Shown: positions 22,451 through 36,969, numbered from the stretch's first letter. The stretch: DNA of 64,000 nt from Octopus sinensis (GCF_006345805.1 NC_043005.1:31868001-31932000); one strand, 5' to 3'. Notes: generated by a model from the sequence alone, not told the origin. Made by a program: numbers and translations.

Positions 22451-23372
22451 GTTGTACAAAGACTATTTAATCATTACTCTACATGTAGACATTAATTTGG
22501 TATCTAAAGAATCATAATAAACAATATGCGTAAATGTATATATAGGTTGGGTGATGAAAACAAGAAAAAAGAACTTAAATCATGAATACATGTGTATGTA
22601 TGTGTGTGCGTGTGTGCGTGTGTATGTGTGTGTGTTTGTATACGTGCGTGTGTACATGTGTGTGTCTGTGTGTGTGAGTGTACGTGTATGTGTGTATCCA
22701 GATATGTACTGATGTATTTTAAAGCTTGTAAACATTCATGCGCAGACAGGCATAACAGTGTATACACAAATGTATGTGCACATACGCATCATACATACAT
22801 ATATATTCACACGCACATGCCAACTGTCCAACATACACATATATAATGCCAACTGTTCTACATACACACATATACTTGTAACGACTGTAAATCAACAAAC
22901 CATAACATACATGACAATATCAATAGAATTAAGAGGACAAACGCTCATCATTCCTTTATTCAGCACACTTGAATAATGTCATATATGTATGCATGTGTAT
23001 GAATGTGTGTGAGTGTATATGTATATGTATATGTGTCTGTGTGTAGTAGTAGTAGACCAGTGCTCCCTTCAACTAATAATTTATGGAATATCTCTAGGTT
23101 CTTCGCTGTCAGATATTGTTGACAATTACTCCATGTGAACAGCCCAGTTGTGTATCAGTGTAGAAAAGTAAGCCAACCACTCATAGGTGCAGACCTAGCT
23201 ATGTGGTTTACATGGTTAAATAGGTCACCTCGCAGATGTCAATGTTCAATTTCTAGTCGGACTAAATTGGGTAGGTAACCTCTTTTACAGCTTTGTGAGT
23301 GATATCAAGTAGACAGGATTTATACGGAAACACCTCACACACAACATGCACATGCATGTATACACCCATTGA

Positions 23373-25579
23373 CACAACGTAACAATTTTCAAAAAAAAAT
23401 TTGTTTATTGTATTTTTTTAACGTTCATCAATCCATTTTTTTCTGCTGATTCCAAAAATGAAATTATTTTTTGCGATCATCAACAGTTTAAAAAATAGGT
23501 CGACTTTCAATGCTATTATACATTCGGTATTGTTATAATGTTTCGCTACTAAATGTATGTCTAATTTTCTCTTTCAGATCATAAGTTCTTTCAGGATGGC
23601 TACTAGAGTATGTAAAAATTCTCTAGATACATTTTGCTATGTGTGTGGCTATTATATTGGAAAAAAAGCAGGTATTACATAAGATCGTGAAATGTGCCAA
23701 ATTGTGGATAGCGTACAGACTCTATTTCGGAATGCCCATGGGTGACCAGGACAAACTATGGGCCCCACGTGTGATATGTGGAAGCTGTCGATCTATTTTA
23801 GAAGGATGGTTAAAAGGTACAGGAAGGTCAATGCCTTTTGTCATTCCAAGGGTATGGAGAGAGCCAAAGAACCATCACGATGACTGTTACTTTTGTATGA
23901 TCAATGTGACAAAGTACAGAAACGTGAAAAGAAAACTAGCTCTTCAGTATCCAGACATACCATCATCTAGAGCACTTGTCCCACATGATGACAGTCTACG
24001 AGTACCACTACCACCAGAAAATATTCCAACTGAGGAGTCAACAAGTAGCAGCAGCCAAGAAGCTTTAGTGCCATGAACGACTTCGGAGCCTCACTTTCCA
24101 AATCAGAGTGAGTTAGATGATTTAATCAAAGATCTGAGTCTTACTATGTCAGGAGCTGAACTTCTTTCATCAAGGTTGAAGGAATGGAATCTACTGGGGG
24201 AAGACTGCAAGACATCTGTGTACTGGAAACACCATGAAGAATTTGAAATTTACTATGAAAATATTAATGATCTGTGTTATTGTAAAGATGTGATTAGTTT
24301 GTTTACTACTATTGGACTCAAGCATGATTCTGCAGAATGGCGACTGTTCATAGATAGATCAACACAAAGCCTTAAAGCAGTGTTGCTCCATAATGGAAAT
24401 AAATATCCTTCTTTGCCTCTTGCACACTCTATACAGAAGAAAGAAAATTACGATAATGTCAAAGAACCTCTCGACAAAATAAATTACGCTGAGTTCAAGT
24501 GGATGTTTGTTGTGATTTCAAGATGCTTCCCTTCTTGCTTGGCTTGCAAAGGAGATACACAAGGTATTCGTGTTTCATTTGCTTATGGGACAGCAGAGCT
24601 GATGATGATCATTACAAGAGAGTACATTGGCCCCCACGAGTAGAACTGCAGCCAGGAATGTTAAATGTTCTCAAACAGCCTCTAGTAGATTACAGCAAAA
24701 TCTTATTACCCCCACTTCATATCAAACTCGGATTGGTAAAACAGTTTGTGAAGGTTTTAGATTTTAGAGGAGAAGCTTTTCAAGAAATTTGTCTTATGTT
24801 TCCAAAGCTATCTGAGGCTAAGATCAAGGGTAGCATATTTGTTGGGCCCCAAGTAATTGCAATGTTAAAATCGAAGAAACTGGAAACAGCGATGACAAAA
24901 GTTGAAAAAGAAGCTTGGTGTGCATTTCATGATGTAGTTTGTGGATTCCTAGGAAATCACAAGGATCCTAATTACAAACAGCTGATAGCAAAGCTTATTG
25001 AAAACTTCAAGAAAATGGTTTATCGTATGTCCTTAAAGGTTCATTTTTTTGCACTCTCACCTAGATTTTTCCCCGAAAGATTGGGTGATGTCAATGAGGA
25101 GAATGGTGAGAGATTTCCTCAGGACATCGCAATATGGAAAGAAGATACCAAGGACGATGGGATACTACTATGATGGGAGATTATATATGATCTCTAGTCA
25201 GAAGAGATGAAGGTATTACACTCCAGAAAATCTCTATCGTCAAAGCACTTCTCATCTTAAGAAAAGAGTTATCAAGGCATTTACAGTGCAGAGTTTTATT
25301 GTTTCTTTTTGTTCTAACTAATATTATACTTCCTACATACCTTTCAATATATGAAAATGTACTAAATTTTGTGTAATTATCCTTACAATACTAGAATAGA
25401 TTGAACCATCAAAGTGCTGTAGAGAAAAGTTACAAATATAACGAGCAAATATGAAATTAGGAATAAATAAATAACTATCGATGTTACGTCAAAACGAATG
25501 TGATTTTTTAATTTAGTGGAAAAAATGCATATATGAACATTAAAAAAATACAAATAAACAAAACATGTGTTACATTGTG
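23373..25579 (+). mobile_element. Chapaev-type (CMC) DNA transposon, decayed
   Basis: CAC..GTG ends with imperfect TIRs of about 100 bp (cacaacgtaaca / tgttacattgtg). Transposase from ATG 23596: CKNSLDTFCYVCG, GDQDKLWAP..C..C, WREPKNHHDDCYFC, WRLFIDRS..SLKAVLLHNG, LPPLHIKLGL, GERFPQDI. Frameshifted. No clean TSD. Confidence 0.8.
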
Positions 25580-26009
25580 CTATGATTCTGCTTAGCTGAA
25601 CTCAGTAACTCAGTGTACTTAGACTTCACAGTATTAGTATGGTTCGACTCCATAGAAGCAATAAGATCTGTAGGCACTTAATTCGAAGTGCACGGTTCTT
25701 AGTGGCTGAAATGGCTGTAAGCTAAGGAAGGGGATTATGTAACACCCGATCTTTTGTCATTGATATCTATATATATACAGTGAAAGAGAGAACGTGAGAG
25801 AGAGAAGGGGAGAGCGAAATACGAAGAAATGAACAAAACGAGATAGGTACACGAAAAATGCTAAGTTCGTTCCTCGTTGACATGGAAAGAACTAATTATG
25901 ATGTTTCGGACATCATCCTCCTTCAGAAGGGAGATGTCCGAAACATGGCCAGGAACTAGATATAAGACACCGAAACACTAATTTTAGCCCCTTAGGGATA
26001 AGCCATTGG

Positions 26010-26300
26010 AACAAATCTGATAAAGGTAATGATCAACTACATTCAGTCAGACAGCAAATGTAGAATCTACAAGATAGGAAACGAACGTATCACTCACCTT
26101 TTGAGTGAGTGTAGTATATTCGTACAAAAGGAGTATAAGCGCAGATATGGTTGTCTAGGTGAAAGAGTGCATCGGAATGTTAGGGAAGTGTGTGGTTTCA
26201 AAACAACGGGAAAATGGTATGAACACGAACCAGAGGATTTAATAGAAAATCAATTACAGGATCTCATGTCACTTTTTAAAGACTGCCTTGAAAGGTAAAT
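26010..26300 (+). mobile_element. RLE retrotransposon fragment (same family as 53642-54252)
   Basis: SKCRIYK..ITHLLSECSIFVQKEYKRRY..KWYEHEP. Confidence 0.7.
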
Positions 26301-26399
26301 TGATGTCAAATTTCCGATCTACAACCTGTTTACCACTTATGTGGAACCTTATGACCTGTGTCTTGGCAGAGAAGTGATATAATCTGGAAAGTAACATTT

Positions 26400-27265
26400 T
26401 ACTTCCCGTGGAACAGAAAGAGCGCAGCAGGCAAAGTAGGGCAACTAAAGACCAGTTGTTAGTTTATAAAATGGTAATCAGAAATTGCAGACGCAGATTG
26501 ATGGGATTGAGTGAAGCATGGCTGGATTATAAAAGCACAGGACATGATGCTGCGCAGTTCAATAAATAAAACAATGAGTATGTTTGATAGAAAATATGGG
26601 GAAATCTGTCAGTGAAAGTATGAAATATTGGAGCAATGACTTGATTGGAGGAAAGCAAAAATTTGGGAAGATGAACAGACATGATGTAATATCCGAAATT
26701 TGCACAACGCGAATACAAAAGATGTCATGACAATGTAGAAAGAAGGATCTATTGGGAGTTCTGTGGAAATCACGGCCTACAAACAGCAAAGACATGGTAT
26801 GAGAAAAGTTCAGGAGTCACTGAAAATGAGACTTGCAAAATCCTGGGTGCAATGATCCAGTGCGATCACTCGACCAGACATCGGAAACTGGACATTGTTG
26901 TGGTGAATAAGCTTGTATGATAATCAACATAGCATGCCCCGGTGATAACAGGATCCATGTGAAAGAATAAAAATAAACAATTTGAAGTGGGAAATACGAA
27001 GGTTGTGGTCAATAAAAAGAGTACACCTGATACCAATATTAAATGGTGCACTTGGAAGTGTCGGCACTCAACTACAAAATGACTGAAAAAGATTAGTGCA
27101 AGTGTGAAGGTAGAACACCAAAAAAATTAACATTGCTTGGAACTGCAAGAATTCTTCGCAGGGTTCTTGAAGCATGACGAGTAAATAAATATAAGAGTCA
27201 CCTTAGTCTGCTGGCTGTGAACAGTTGACACTTTCCATCGTACCCAGCAAAATAAGTTGTGAGTT
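26400..27265 (+). mobile_element. Highly decayed RLE retrotransposon 3' part
   Basis: Ends LLGTARILRRVLEA-stop at about 27135-27177; upstream CKILGAMIQCDH..R..DIVVVNK-like remnant. Confidence 0.65.
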
Positions 27266-27290
27266 TTCATTTAATAATAACAATAATAAT

Positions 27291-27487
27291 CCTTTCTACT
27301 AAAAGCACAAAGCCTGGAATTTTGGGTAACGAGTAAGTCCATTCCATCGACCTCAGTATTTCACTAGTACTTAATTTATCGACCCCGAAAGGATAAAAGG
27401 CAAAGTCGACCTCGGCGGAATTTGAAATCATAACGTAGTGACGGTTAAGCATTTCATTCAGCGTGCTAATGATTCTGCCAGCTCGCC
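27291..27487 (-). mobile_element. SINE family S1
   Basis: Reverse complement of the 2249 family, with an (ATT)n tail at 27271-27290. Confidence 0.85.
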
Positions 27488-27500
27488 ACATTATTATTAT

Positions 27501-27958
<458 letters not shown>

Positions 27959-27959
27959 A

Positions 27960-29392
27960 TCTGAGGAAGTGTAGTGTGTTATTCTTGAAGAGAGGCAAAA
28001 TCAAATGTATGGACGGGCTAAAAATACCGTGGGGTGAGGTTATGAAGCAGATAGAAGAGACGGGCTATAAGTGCTAGGGAATTTTGGAAATGGATAAATT
28101 GATGGAGAAAGAGATGACAGAAAAATTTAAGGTGGAGTACTTGCGCAGACTGAGACTAATGCTTAAGTCGAAATTAAACGGACGGAATAAGATCAAGGCT
28201 ATCAACACCTGGGCTGTTCCACCCCTTAGATATGGAGCAGGGGTAACTGCATGGACAGTAGGCGAACTAAACAGCTAAGACAGAAAGACAAGGAAGTTGC
28301 TAACTAGATATGGGACACTCCACCCAAAACAGACAGACAGACTGTATGTACCAAGAAAAAGAGGGGGAAGAGAACTTATTGGATGCGAGCACAGCATTAT
28401 AACAGAAAAAAACAACATAGCATAGTATGTATAAAATGCCACAGAACCGCTATTATTAGAAGTAAGACGGTCAGGCTTGTGTAGAATGAAAGATTGCAAA
28501 GATAAAGCACTATACAAGAAATTGAAAACGAATGAAATTGAAAATAGGTGGGTAAAGAAAAGAATGCATGGTCAATTTCATAGAAATGTTGAAGATAAGA
28601 CAGCCAGAGAAAAAAGATGGCTGTGGCTGACTAAAAGTCATTTAAAACCGGAAACGAAGGCTCTAATCTGTGCTGCCCAAGTGTAAGTACTAAGAACAAA
28701 CTACATAAAATACAGAATAGACAACACATCAGAAAATGATAAGTGCAGAATCTGTGGACAAAATGGTGGAACCGTATGGCATATTACCAGCCAATGTACG
28801 TTACTAGCCCAGATGGAATATAAGAGACGCCACGACAATATAGTCAGGTTTGTCCATTGAACACTTTGCAACAAGTATGGATTTGACAGAGCAAAAAATT
28901 GGTACGACCACAAACCCGAAATCATCGTCGAAAATAGAAATGGAGAGGCCCTATGGGATTTTATGATTCAGTGCGACCATGAGATAGAGAATAGGAAGCC
29001 AAACAGAGTCATGAGAAAGAAAACAAACTATGCTGGATGATTGATATAGCATACCCAGCTGACAAAAAGGTATGCGATAAGAAAGAAAGAAAAGTTGAGA
29101 GATGTGACAGATTAGCTTGGGAAGTTAAGCAGTTGTGGTCGATGAAAAAGGTAGCAGTAGTACCAATAATTTTCGGAGTCCTGGGAACAGTGAGCCAAAA
29201 TCTTCAGAAGTACATGGAACAAATAGAGGCTGCAATAAGGGTGGAACACTTGCAGAAAACAGCACTGCTTGGAACCGCCCGAATACTCCGGAAGGTGCTC
29301 GAAAAATAAGACGTGTTACCTTAGTTCACTGGTAGTGAACAGCTGACACCACAGTACATCTCCAGCGTTAGAAGCTGTACAAAGGCAATGGC
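27960..29392 (+). mobile_element. 5'-truncated decayed R4/Dong-type element (family C)
   Basis: LRKCSVLFLKRGK..YLRRLRLMLKSKLNGRNKIKAINTWAVP..LKPETKALICAAQ..CRICG..LLGTARILRKVLEK-stop (29309), then a 3' UTR and (AAT)n at 29393-29466. Confidence 0.9.
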
Positions 29393-29448
<56 letters not shown>

Positions 29449-29696
29449 CAACAACAACAACAACAAAGTGAAGCAAATACACGGAAGACGTATACATTAG
29501 TTTATATATGAGCATTACTCTACATACGCTTAAACGTTCTCCATCTAGTTTGTATATATGCATGTATGAGGACATCAGTACATTCCCACATACGCATGTA
29601 TAATCGTATATGCACGTAAGTGCCAGTGCATATACGATTATCTATCCGTATGTAGAGTGATTTTGATCTAGCTTTTCTCCGTGTTTCACTTTCTCT

Positions 29697-29707
29697 ATGT
29701 ATGTATG

Positions 29708-29741
<34 letters not shown>

Positions 29742-29789
29742 TGTATGTATGTATGTATGTATGTATGTATGTATGTATGTATGTATGTA
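29697..29789. repeat. (ATGT)n microsatellite (representative)
   Basis: Direct reading. Similar (ATGT)n tracts at 38281-38345, 49306-49490 and 59764-59820; many (TA)n and (GT)n tracts; (CT)n at 54550-54614; (GGA)n/(GAT)n at 41362-41540. Confidence 0.95.
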
Positions 29790-29979
29790 TCATGTTGCGG
29801 GGAGGAATGTTGTGCGTTTCTATTTACTAGTAACATTTTCCATTTTGGGTAATTACTTTCTAACACAATCCGTTACAGTTTTTGAAAAAAATTGTAATAT
29901 TTCCTATGCAATCATCTTGGAAGCTATAATGCAGTGCTGATCAATAACTTTATCTTTGACGTGACACAAAAACAAATTA

Positions 29980-32313
29980 CACTGGACAACAAAGATTTTG
30001 CTACTGAGGCAAAAGCGTGTGCATTAGACTAAATCGAGGATGCTGATTCCGAATCCGCACTCAGAATTGTTCTAGCACGTCAGGATTTTGAGTTATGCGC
30101 ATGCGCAAGATTACAGCTATACTTTCGACTATATATAGGCCAAGTTATAAAATTTACTAAATTGAAAGCGGTCTTAATTCAAAATTAAAGAAATAACAGC
30201 AAAAAAACAAACGATGAGAAAGTTCATTATTTAGTTTAGCAGTAGATGGCGTTCACATATTGTGTGAAATGCCAAATACGTCAGTTTGTTCTTGGTAACT
30301 CTATGTCGTTTGCGCTGCTGTCACGTGTGGTATGTGTATCTCTCGCTCTGTGTGATTACTGTTTTAACTGTGTTCGTTGTGCTGGATCATGAATAGGAGA
30401 GACTGTATGGATCACCCAGACAACTTTTGTGGAAAATTTGCTCCGCGTGATCAGCGGAAGAACATTACCACCAAATTAAAAATTGCCTATAAATATTATT
30501 TCGGGTGACCAAGACAAGAGGAGGGAACTTCTTATATGCTGCACCGTGTGTTACTTGGGACTTACACAGCGGCTGAATGGACAACGGAAGAGAATGCCTT
30601 TTGCTGTACCAATGGTATGGCGTGAGCCAACCAGTCATGTCTGATTGTTACTTTTTCATGACTAATATTAGTGGTTTCTCAAAGAAGACCAAAGCAAAAA
30701 TTGTGTATGCAGATTGTAAGTCGGCTCTAAAACCGATCCCACGTGATTTCAAGAACCCTGTTCCACTTGAAAATTTTGACACGTCGCACGATGAACCTCC
30801 TGACTCTCCTATCAAAGAAGAGTACGTAGTTGATACTAAGAAAATTGAGCCAAACTGGTTTAATCAAGAAGATTTGAACGATTTAGCAAGAGACCTAGCA
30901 TTGTCAAAAGAAAGGGCAGGAATCAAAACTACAACAACGGAATCTCCTACAGCAAAGTACGAAAATTTCCATTTTCCGTTAAAAAAGACAGATAAACCAT
31001 AAAGGCTTCTCTGTCTTTTTCAAGCATGAAAATAATGTTTGTTTCTGTACTGACGCTAATACACTCATGCAAAAACTAGGACACGTGCACGTGGCTAACG
31101 AATGGAGATTGTTTATAGACTTGAGTAAGGTTAGCCTCAAAGCTGTATTGTTACATAATGGTAATGAAAAACTTACCAATCCTGTGGGTCATGTTGTCAG
31201 TATAGAAGAAACTTATGAATCGATAGAACTCAATCTGAAAGGAATTAATTACTCAGTTCATAAGTGGGATATTTGTGATTTAAAGATGATTTCCCTCCTC
31301 CTAGGATTGCAGCTGGGATATACCAAAAATATGTGCTTCTTATGTATTTGGAACAGCTACGGCGACAGCAATCATTACACTGTAAAAGTGATGAGCGCAT
31401 AGTTGGTTGGTACGATGTGCAGCATATGCCACTGTTAGAACCGCAAAAGAACTTCCTTCCACTCCTTCACATCAAACTCGGTCTCATGAAAAACTTTGTA
31501 AAAGCAATGACATACGATAGTTGTGGCTTCCAGTACCTAAAATTAAAATTTGGTGCAGAGGAAAGTGACGCAAAATTGAAAGCAGGCAAATTCGTTGGAA
31601 CCGAGATCAAAGAATTGATATCTGATAGCAAATTCAGAGGTAAACTGAATCCAGTTGAGCTGATGGCATGGGATTCATTTGTATTAGTTGTACAGGAATT
31701 TCTTGGAAATCATAGAGCTGAAAACTACGCTGATTTAATAAATATGCTAACAGCGTATGAAAGAATGGAATGCCGAATGGCCCTTAAATGTACTTCTTGC
31801 ATTCTCACCTCGATTCTTTTCCAACGAATCTCGGTGCCGCCAGTAATGAGCATGGTGAACGGTTCCACCAGGACATATCTGAGATGGAAACGAGGTATCA
31901 AGGTCGGTTCAATTCACGCATGATGGGTGACTACCGTTGGTTCCAACAACGGGAGACAGCACGACGCATAAGCGCAAGAGCAAGTGTCTCAAACATTTCT
32001 GAGCTGAGCATATCAAAAATAAAGTGAGTATTCCCTTAACATAAATATACTATGTACCATATTATAATACTATTTGCCTTGAACATAAATTTACTGTATA
32101 CCATACTAATATACTATTATGATAATTATTTACCTTGAACTTAACTATTCCTGATTCTAATATAGTATTAATGCATAATTATGTGCATAACTCAAAATCC
32201 TGACGTGCTATATCAATTCTAAGTTCAGATTCGGAATCAGCATACTCGATTTAGCGTTGTAAAGCACCATTTGTCTGGCTAGCAGATAATAAATCTTTTT
32301 TTGTTGCCCGGTG
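29980..32313 (+). mobile_element. Chapaev3-type DNA transposon with TTA target-site duplication
   Basis: tta|CACTGGACAACAAAG..TTTGTTGCCCGGTG|tta. Imperfect TIRs of about 135 bp. Transposase fragments from 30389 to about 32027 (DCYFFM, WRLFIDLSKVSLKAVLLHNG, LPLLHIKLGLMKNFVKAM, FLHSHLD..EHGERFHQDI) with stops and frameshifts. Confidence 0.9.
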
Positions 32314-32445
32314 TTACGGAACGGTTAGCAAAACAAGGCCCAGTACGATAGTATAAAGAAAGGTGCCTCCAGTTACCAAAGAAACTTGCCAGCTGTCATA
32401 AAAGATGGCAAGATATGAAATTGTGCTTGCTTAGACTAGATAATA

Positions 32446-32860
32446 TATTTCTTTATTGCCAGAAGGGGCTAAACATAGAGGAGACAAACAAGGACAGACA
32501 AGGGGATTAAGTCGATTACATCGACCCCAGTGAGTAACTGGTACTTAATTTATCGACCCTGAAAGGATGAAAACCAAAGTCGACCTCGGCGGAATTTGAA
32601 CTCAGAACGTAGCGGCAGACGAAATACCTGTTTCTTTATTACCCACAAGGGGTTAAACATAGAGGGGACAAACAAGGACAGACAAACGGATTAAGTCGAT
32701 TACATCGACCCCAGTGCGTAACTGGTTCTTGATTTATCGATCCTGAAAGGATGAAAGGCAAAGTTGACCTCGGCGGAATTTGAACTCAGAACGTAACAGC
32801 AGACGAAACACCGCTAAGCATTTCTCACGGCGTGCTAACGATTCTGCAAGCTCACCGCCT
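32446..32860 (-). mobile_element. Tandem dimer of SINE family S1
   Basis: Two consecutive reverse-complement S1 bodies (32446-32630 and 32631-32860). Confidence 0.85.
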
Positions 32861-33293
32861 TAGAATAAATAAAATATTTCTATTAAGTGTTTACTCGGTT
32901 TCATAAGATTTAAACGTTTTTCTTATCATGTTTACAAAACGATAGAATCTTTGGCACGCGCCCTATAAATGCCCTATAAATGCTTGATAAGCACCCACCA
33001 CATCAATCCTGTTGACTTCGGGGCTACAGGGAGTAAAAGTGTTGTGATGTTGGTCAATTTCCGAATGACAGTAACAGGGCTAGTGTAATAGCTTCACCGG
33101 GAATCGAACCTGAGAGTTGCATCGGCTTTAGAATGTCACTTTTAAGGTTTTGTGCCAACTAACTTGGGTAATTTGTGTCAATTCTCGTATGTTATTTGAT
33201 ATGATACGTTGCTCCAATAGCTGATAATGTTGAAGGTTACCAGGCCGCTCTGTAGCTTTTTGTGTCTGGTGCATGTGTGTGTGTGTGTGTGTG

Positions 33294-33325
<32 letters not shown>

Positions 33326-33489
33326 ATTATTAAAACTGTCTCATCGCCGAAGAAGTAAACAAATGAGAACAAACGGCTGGTAGTTCTCTACAGACTGTAC
33401 AAAACAAACATGCAATTTGATCTCGATTTGGTGGAAAAAAATAAAGGAAAGAAATAAAGAAATAATGCAGGAAGGGGGGAAATATGTGG

Positions 33490-33568
<79 letters not shown>

Positions 33569-33569
33569 T

Positions 33570-33664
<95 letters not shown>
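33490..33664. repeat. (GATA)n microsatellite
   Basis: Direct reading; other (GATA)n tracts at 38447-38624 and 50287-50348. Confidence 0.95.
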
Positions 33665-33667
<3 letters not shown>

Positions 33668-34697
33668 TTGTATAAGCTTGTTGCTCTATATCTTCTCACA
33701 CATTTTCTGTAATCTTTGCATTTCTGCTACTATTCACAATTCTCCCAGTCGTGTGCTCCATCCCCCACCCCCCACCCCCACCCGCCGCCATCAAAGTTAA
33801 TGGGCGAGCAAGACTTAGCGTATGTGTGGGAGGGTGTACTCGCTTTTGGCTGTTTTCACACATAAGTTATATAATTTTTTTTCTCTAGTTTCTCTATCTC
33901 ACCCCCATTCCTCCATTTTTATCTTTTATATTTAATCACGTACCTTTTTATCTCCTCACCTCAAAAATTTCGTCTTTTGGCTCGGCGTGAGATTAAGGCA
34001 GCTGGCATTGGGCTTGGTTTCTCCTTTCTCAAACAAAATTTACAGAGGACAACACGGGAGCGGCCTAGCGTTAAATATATATATATACATATATATTTAT
34101 AGCCATCTTTACTGACGGTGTGTATGAATTTTTTACGTATTTTAGACGAGTGTTTATATATAACCTGTATGATCGATAGTATGGGTCTGTGTTTATATAT
34201 ATTAATACATACACAGACACACATATACATACATATATTCATATATATATATAAACTCAAATATGCAAATACATATACGTACTTGTGTGTGTGTGTGTGT
34301 GTTTTGCGTGTGTGTGTGTTTTGCGTGTGTGTGCGTGTTTGTGAGTATGCATCTGTATCTCTGTATGTACTCATAAAGATGTGTGTGTGTGTGTGCACAT
34401 ATAGATACACAAGGAGACAGAGGTACATACATATACAAACACACGCTCACACACACGCATACATAAAAAATACACAAACACGGACATGCATGCACATGAA
34501 TATACAGGATACATACATACAGATGCACACACACATACACACATATATATATATATATATGTGCGTGCACACACATACATGCATAGGCACACACATACAC
34601 ACACACACACTGACCCACACACATGCACGCAAACAAACAAAAAGAAATGCAGTGTAAATAATGGACAGAGTCAAGACTATTGAAAAGGTTGTTAAGA

Positions 34698-34771
<74 letters not shown>

Positions 34772-34860
34772 TACATATATATACACATACATATATATAT
34801 ATATATATGCATACATATATATACACATACATATATATATATACACATACACACATATTT

Positions 34861-35182
34861 TAAGACTCCGCCGGTTACGACGACGAGGGTCCCAGCTGAT
34901 ACGATCAACGGAACAGCTTGCTCGTGAAATTAACGTGCAAATGGCTGAGCATTCCACAGACACGTGTACCCTTAACGTAGTTCTCGGGGATAATCAGCGT
35001 GACACAGAGAGTGACAAGGCTGACCCTTTGAAATACAAGTACAACTCATTTTTGCCAGCTGAGTGGACTGGAGCAACGTGAAATAAAGTGTCTTGCTCAA
35101 GGACACAACGCGTCGCCGGGAATCGAACTCACAACCTTACGATCATGAGCCGAATGCCCTAACCACTAAGCCACGCGCCCTC
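34861..35182 (-). mobile_element. Full-length tRNA-derived SINE family S3
   Basis: Minus strand ggcgcgtggcttagtggttagggc..gagttcgattcccgg (A and B boxes), then gtgtccttgagcaagacacttta core. Confidence 0.85.
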
Positions 35183-35640
35183 ACTACACACATATATATA
35201 CATATACACATACATGCATAAATACATACATACATGCATACATACATACATACATACATACATACATACATACATACATACATACATACAATAATAAATC
35301 CCCAACACTAATAGTGCTACATGTTTATACTTATATATATCTATGTTACACACCATCGCACGCACATTTAATCACACTTATTTAGCTTTCAACTAAACAC
35401 TAGTTTACAAAACCTTTCACAATTTCAGATTTAAGCAATGTGAAAAATATTCCCTACAGGATTACTGTTCTTGTTTTTTTGTAATTTTTTTTTTTTGTAA
35501 GTGTGTGTGCGTGCGCATGCGTGTGTGTGTATGTGGTGTGTGTGTGTGTGTGTGTGTGTTGTGTGTGTGTGTGTGTGTGTGCGTGTGTGTGTGTATGTGT
35601 GTGTGTGTCTCTGTGTGCGTGCGTGTGTGTGTGTGTGTGT

Positions 35641-36890
35641 GTGTGCAAGTATGTAATGTATGTATGTATTATATGACTTTAATTCGTGTTGAACCTCGTC
35701 GAAGTTGTTATAGGTATTTTGCGTGCATGCACAGTCCTGATTTGAGGTGGTGTTAATTTGTTCCACACTTATTACTGTATATTTTAAAAGATGTTCCGAA
35801 TAAAAGAAACAGGGAGAGTGAAAATGCGTACGTGCATGCGTATGTAAGCGCATGTGTTTAAGCGTGTTTGCGTGTGCGCGTGCGTGTGCGCGTGCGTGTG
35901 CGTGTGCGTGTGCGCGTGCGTGTGCGCGTGCGTGTGCGCGTGCGTGTGCGCGTGCGTGTGCGCGTGCGTGTGCGCGTGCGTGTGCGCGTGCGTGTGCGCA
36001 TGCGTGTGCGCGTGCGTGTGCGCGTGCGTGTGCGCGTGCGTGTGCGCGTGCGTGTGCGCGTGAGTGCCTGCATTCCTTACAGTTTAACAGATCTCACCAG
36101 ATTCAAGTGATACGACTACAAAACAAATTCCTTCATCGAAGTTGTTTGTGTATATTCTTAAATGTATGTATGTGTGTACACGTGCGCACGTGCATGTACG
36201 TGTGTGTGTGTGTGCATGTACGTGTGTGTGTGTGTGTGTGTTGTGGTGTGTGTGTGTGTGTGTGTGTGCAAGTATGTAATGTATGTATGTATTATATGAC
36301 TTTAATTCGTGTTGAACCTCGTCGAAGTTGTTATAGGTATTTTGCGTGCATGCACAGTCCTGATTTGAGGTGGTGTTAATTTGTTCCACACTTATTACTG
36401 TATATTTAAAAGATGTTCCGAATAAAAGAAACAGGGAGAGTGAAAATGCGTACGTGCATGCGTATGTAAGCGCATGTGTTTAAGCGTGTTTGCGTGTGCG
36501 CGTGCGTGTGCGCGTGCGTGTGCGCGTGCGTGTGTGCGCGTGCGTGTGCGCGTGCGTGTGCGCGTGCGTGTGTGCGCGTGCGTGTGCGCGTGCGTGTGCG
36601 CGTGCGTGTGCGCGTGCGTGTGCGCATGCGTGTGCGCGTGCGTGTGCGCGTGCGTGTGCGCGTGCGTGTGTGCGCGTGCGTGTGCGCATGCGTGTGCGCG
36701 TGCGTGTGCGCGTGAGTGCCTGCATTCCTTACAGTTTAACAGATCTCACCAGATTCAAGTGATACGACTACAAAACAAATTCCTTCATCGAAGTTGTTTG
36801 TGTATATTCTTAAATGTATGTATGTGTGTACACGTGCGCACGTGCATGTACGTGTGTGTGTGTGTGCATGTACGTGTGTGTGTGTCTGTC
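35641..36890. repeat. Tandem duplication (about 620-bp unit) containing a (GCGTGTGCGCGT)n minisatellite
   Basis: Units begin gtgtgcaagtatgtaatg at 35641 and 36263. Minisatellite tracts at about 35870-36062 and 36490-36714. Confidence 0.9.
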
Positions 36891-36969
36891 TGTCTGTCTG
36901 TATGTGTGTGTGTGTGTGTGTGTGTGTATTTGTGTGTGTGTTTGTGTGTGTTTGTGTGTGTGTGTTTGT

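Noticed and set aside
33960-34064. Candidate minus-strand exon ending GAG|GTGAGG
   Set aside because: Stops in all frames and no polypyrimidine tract.
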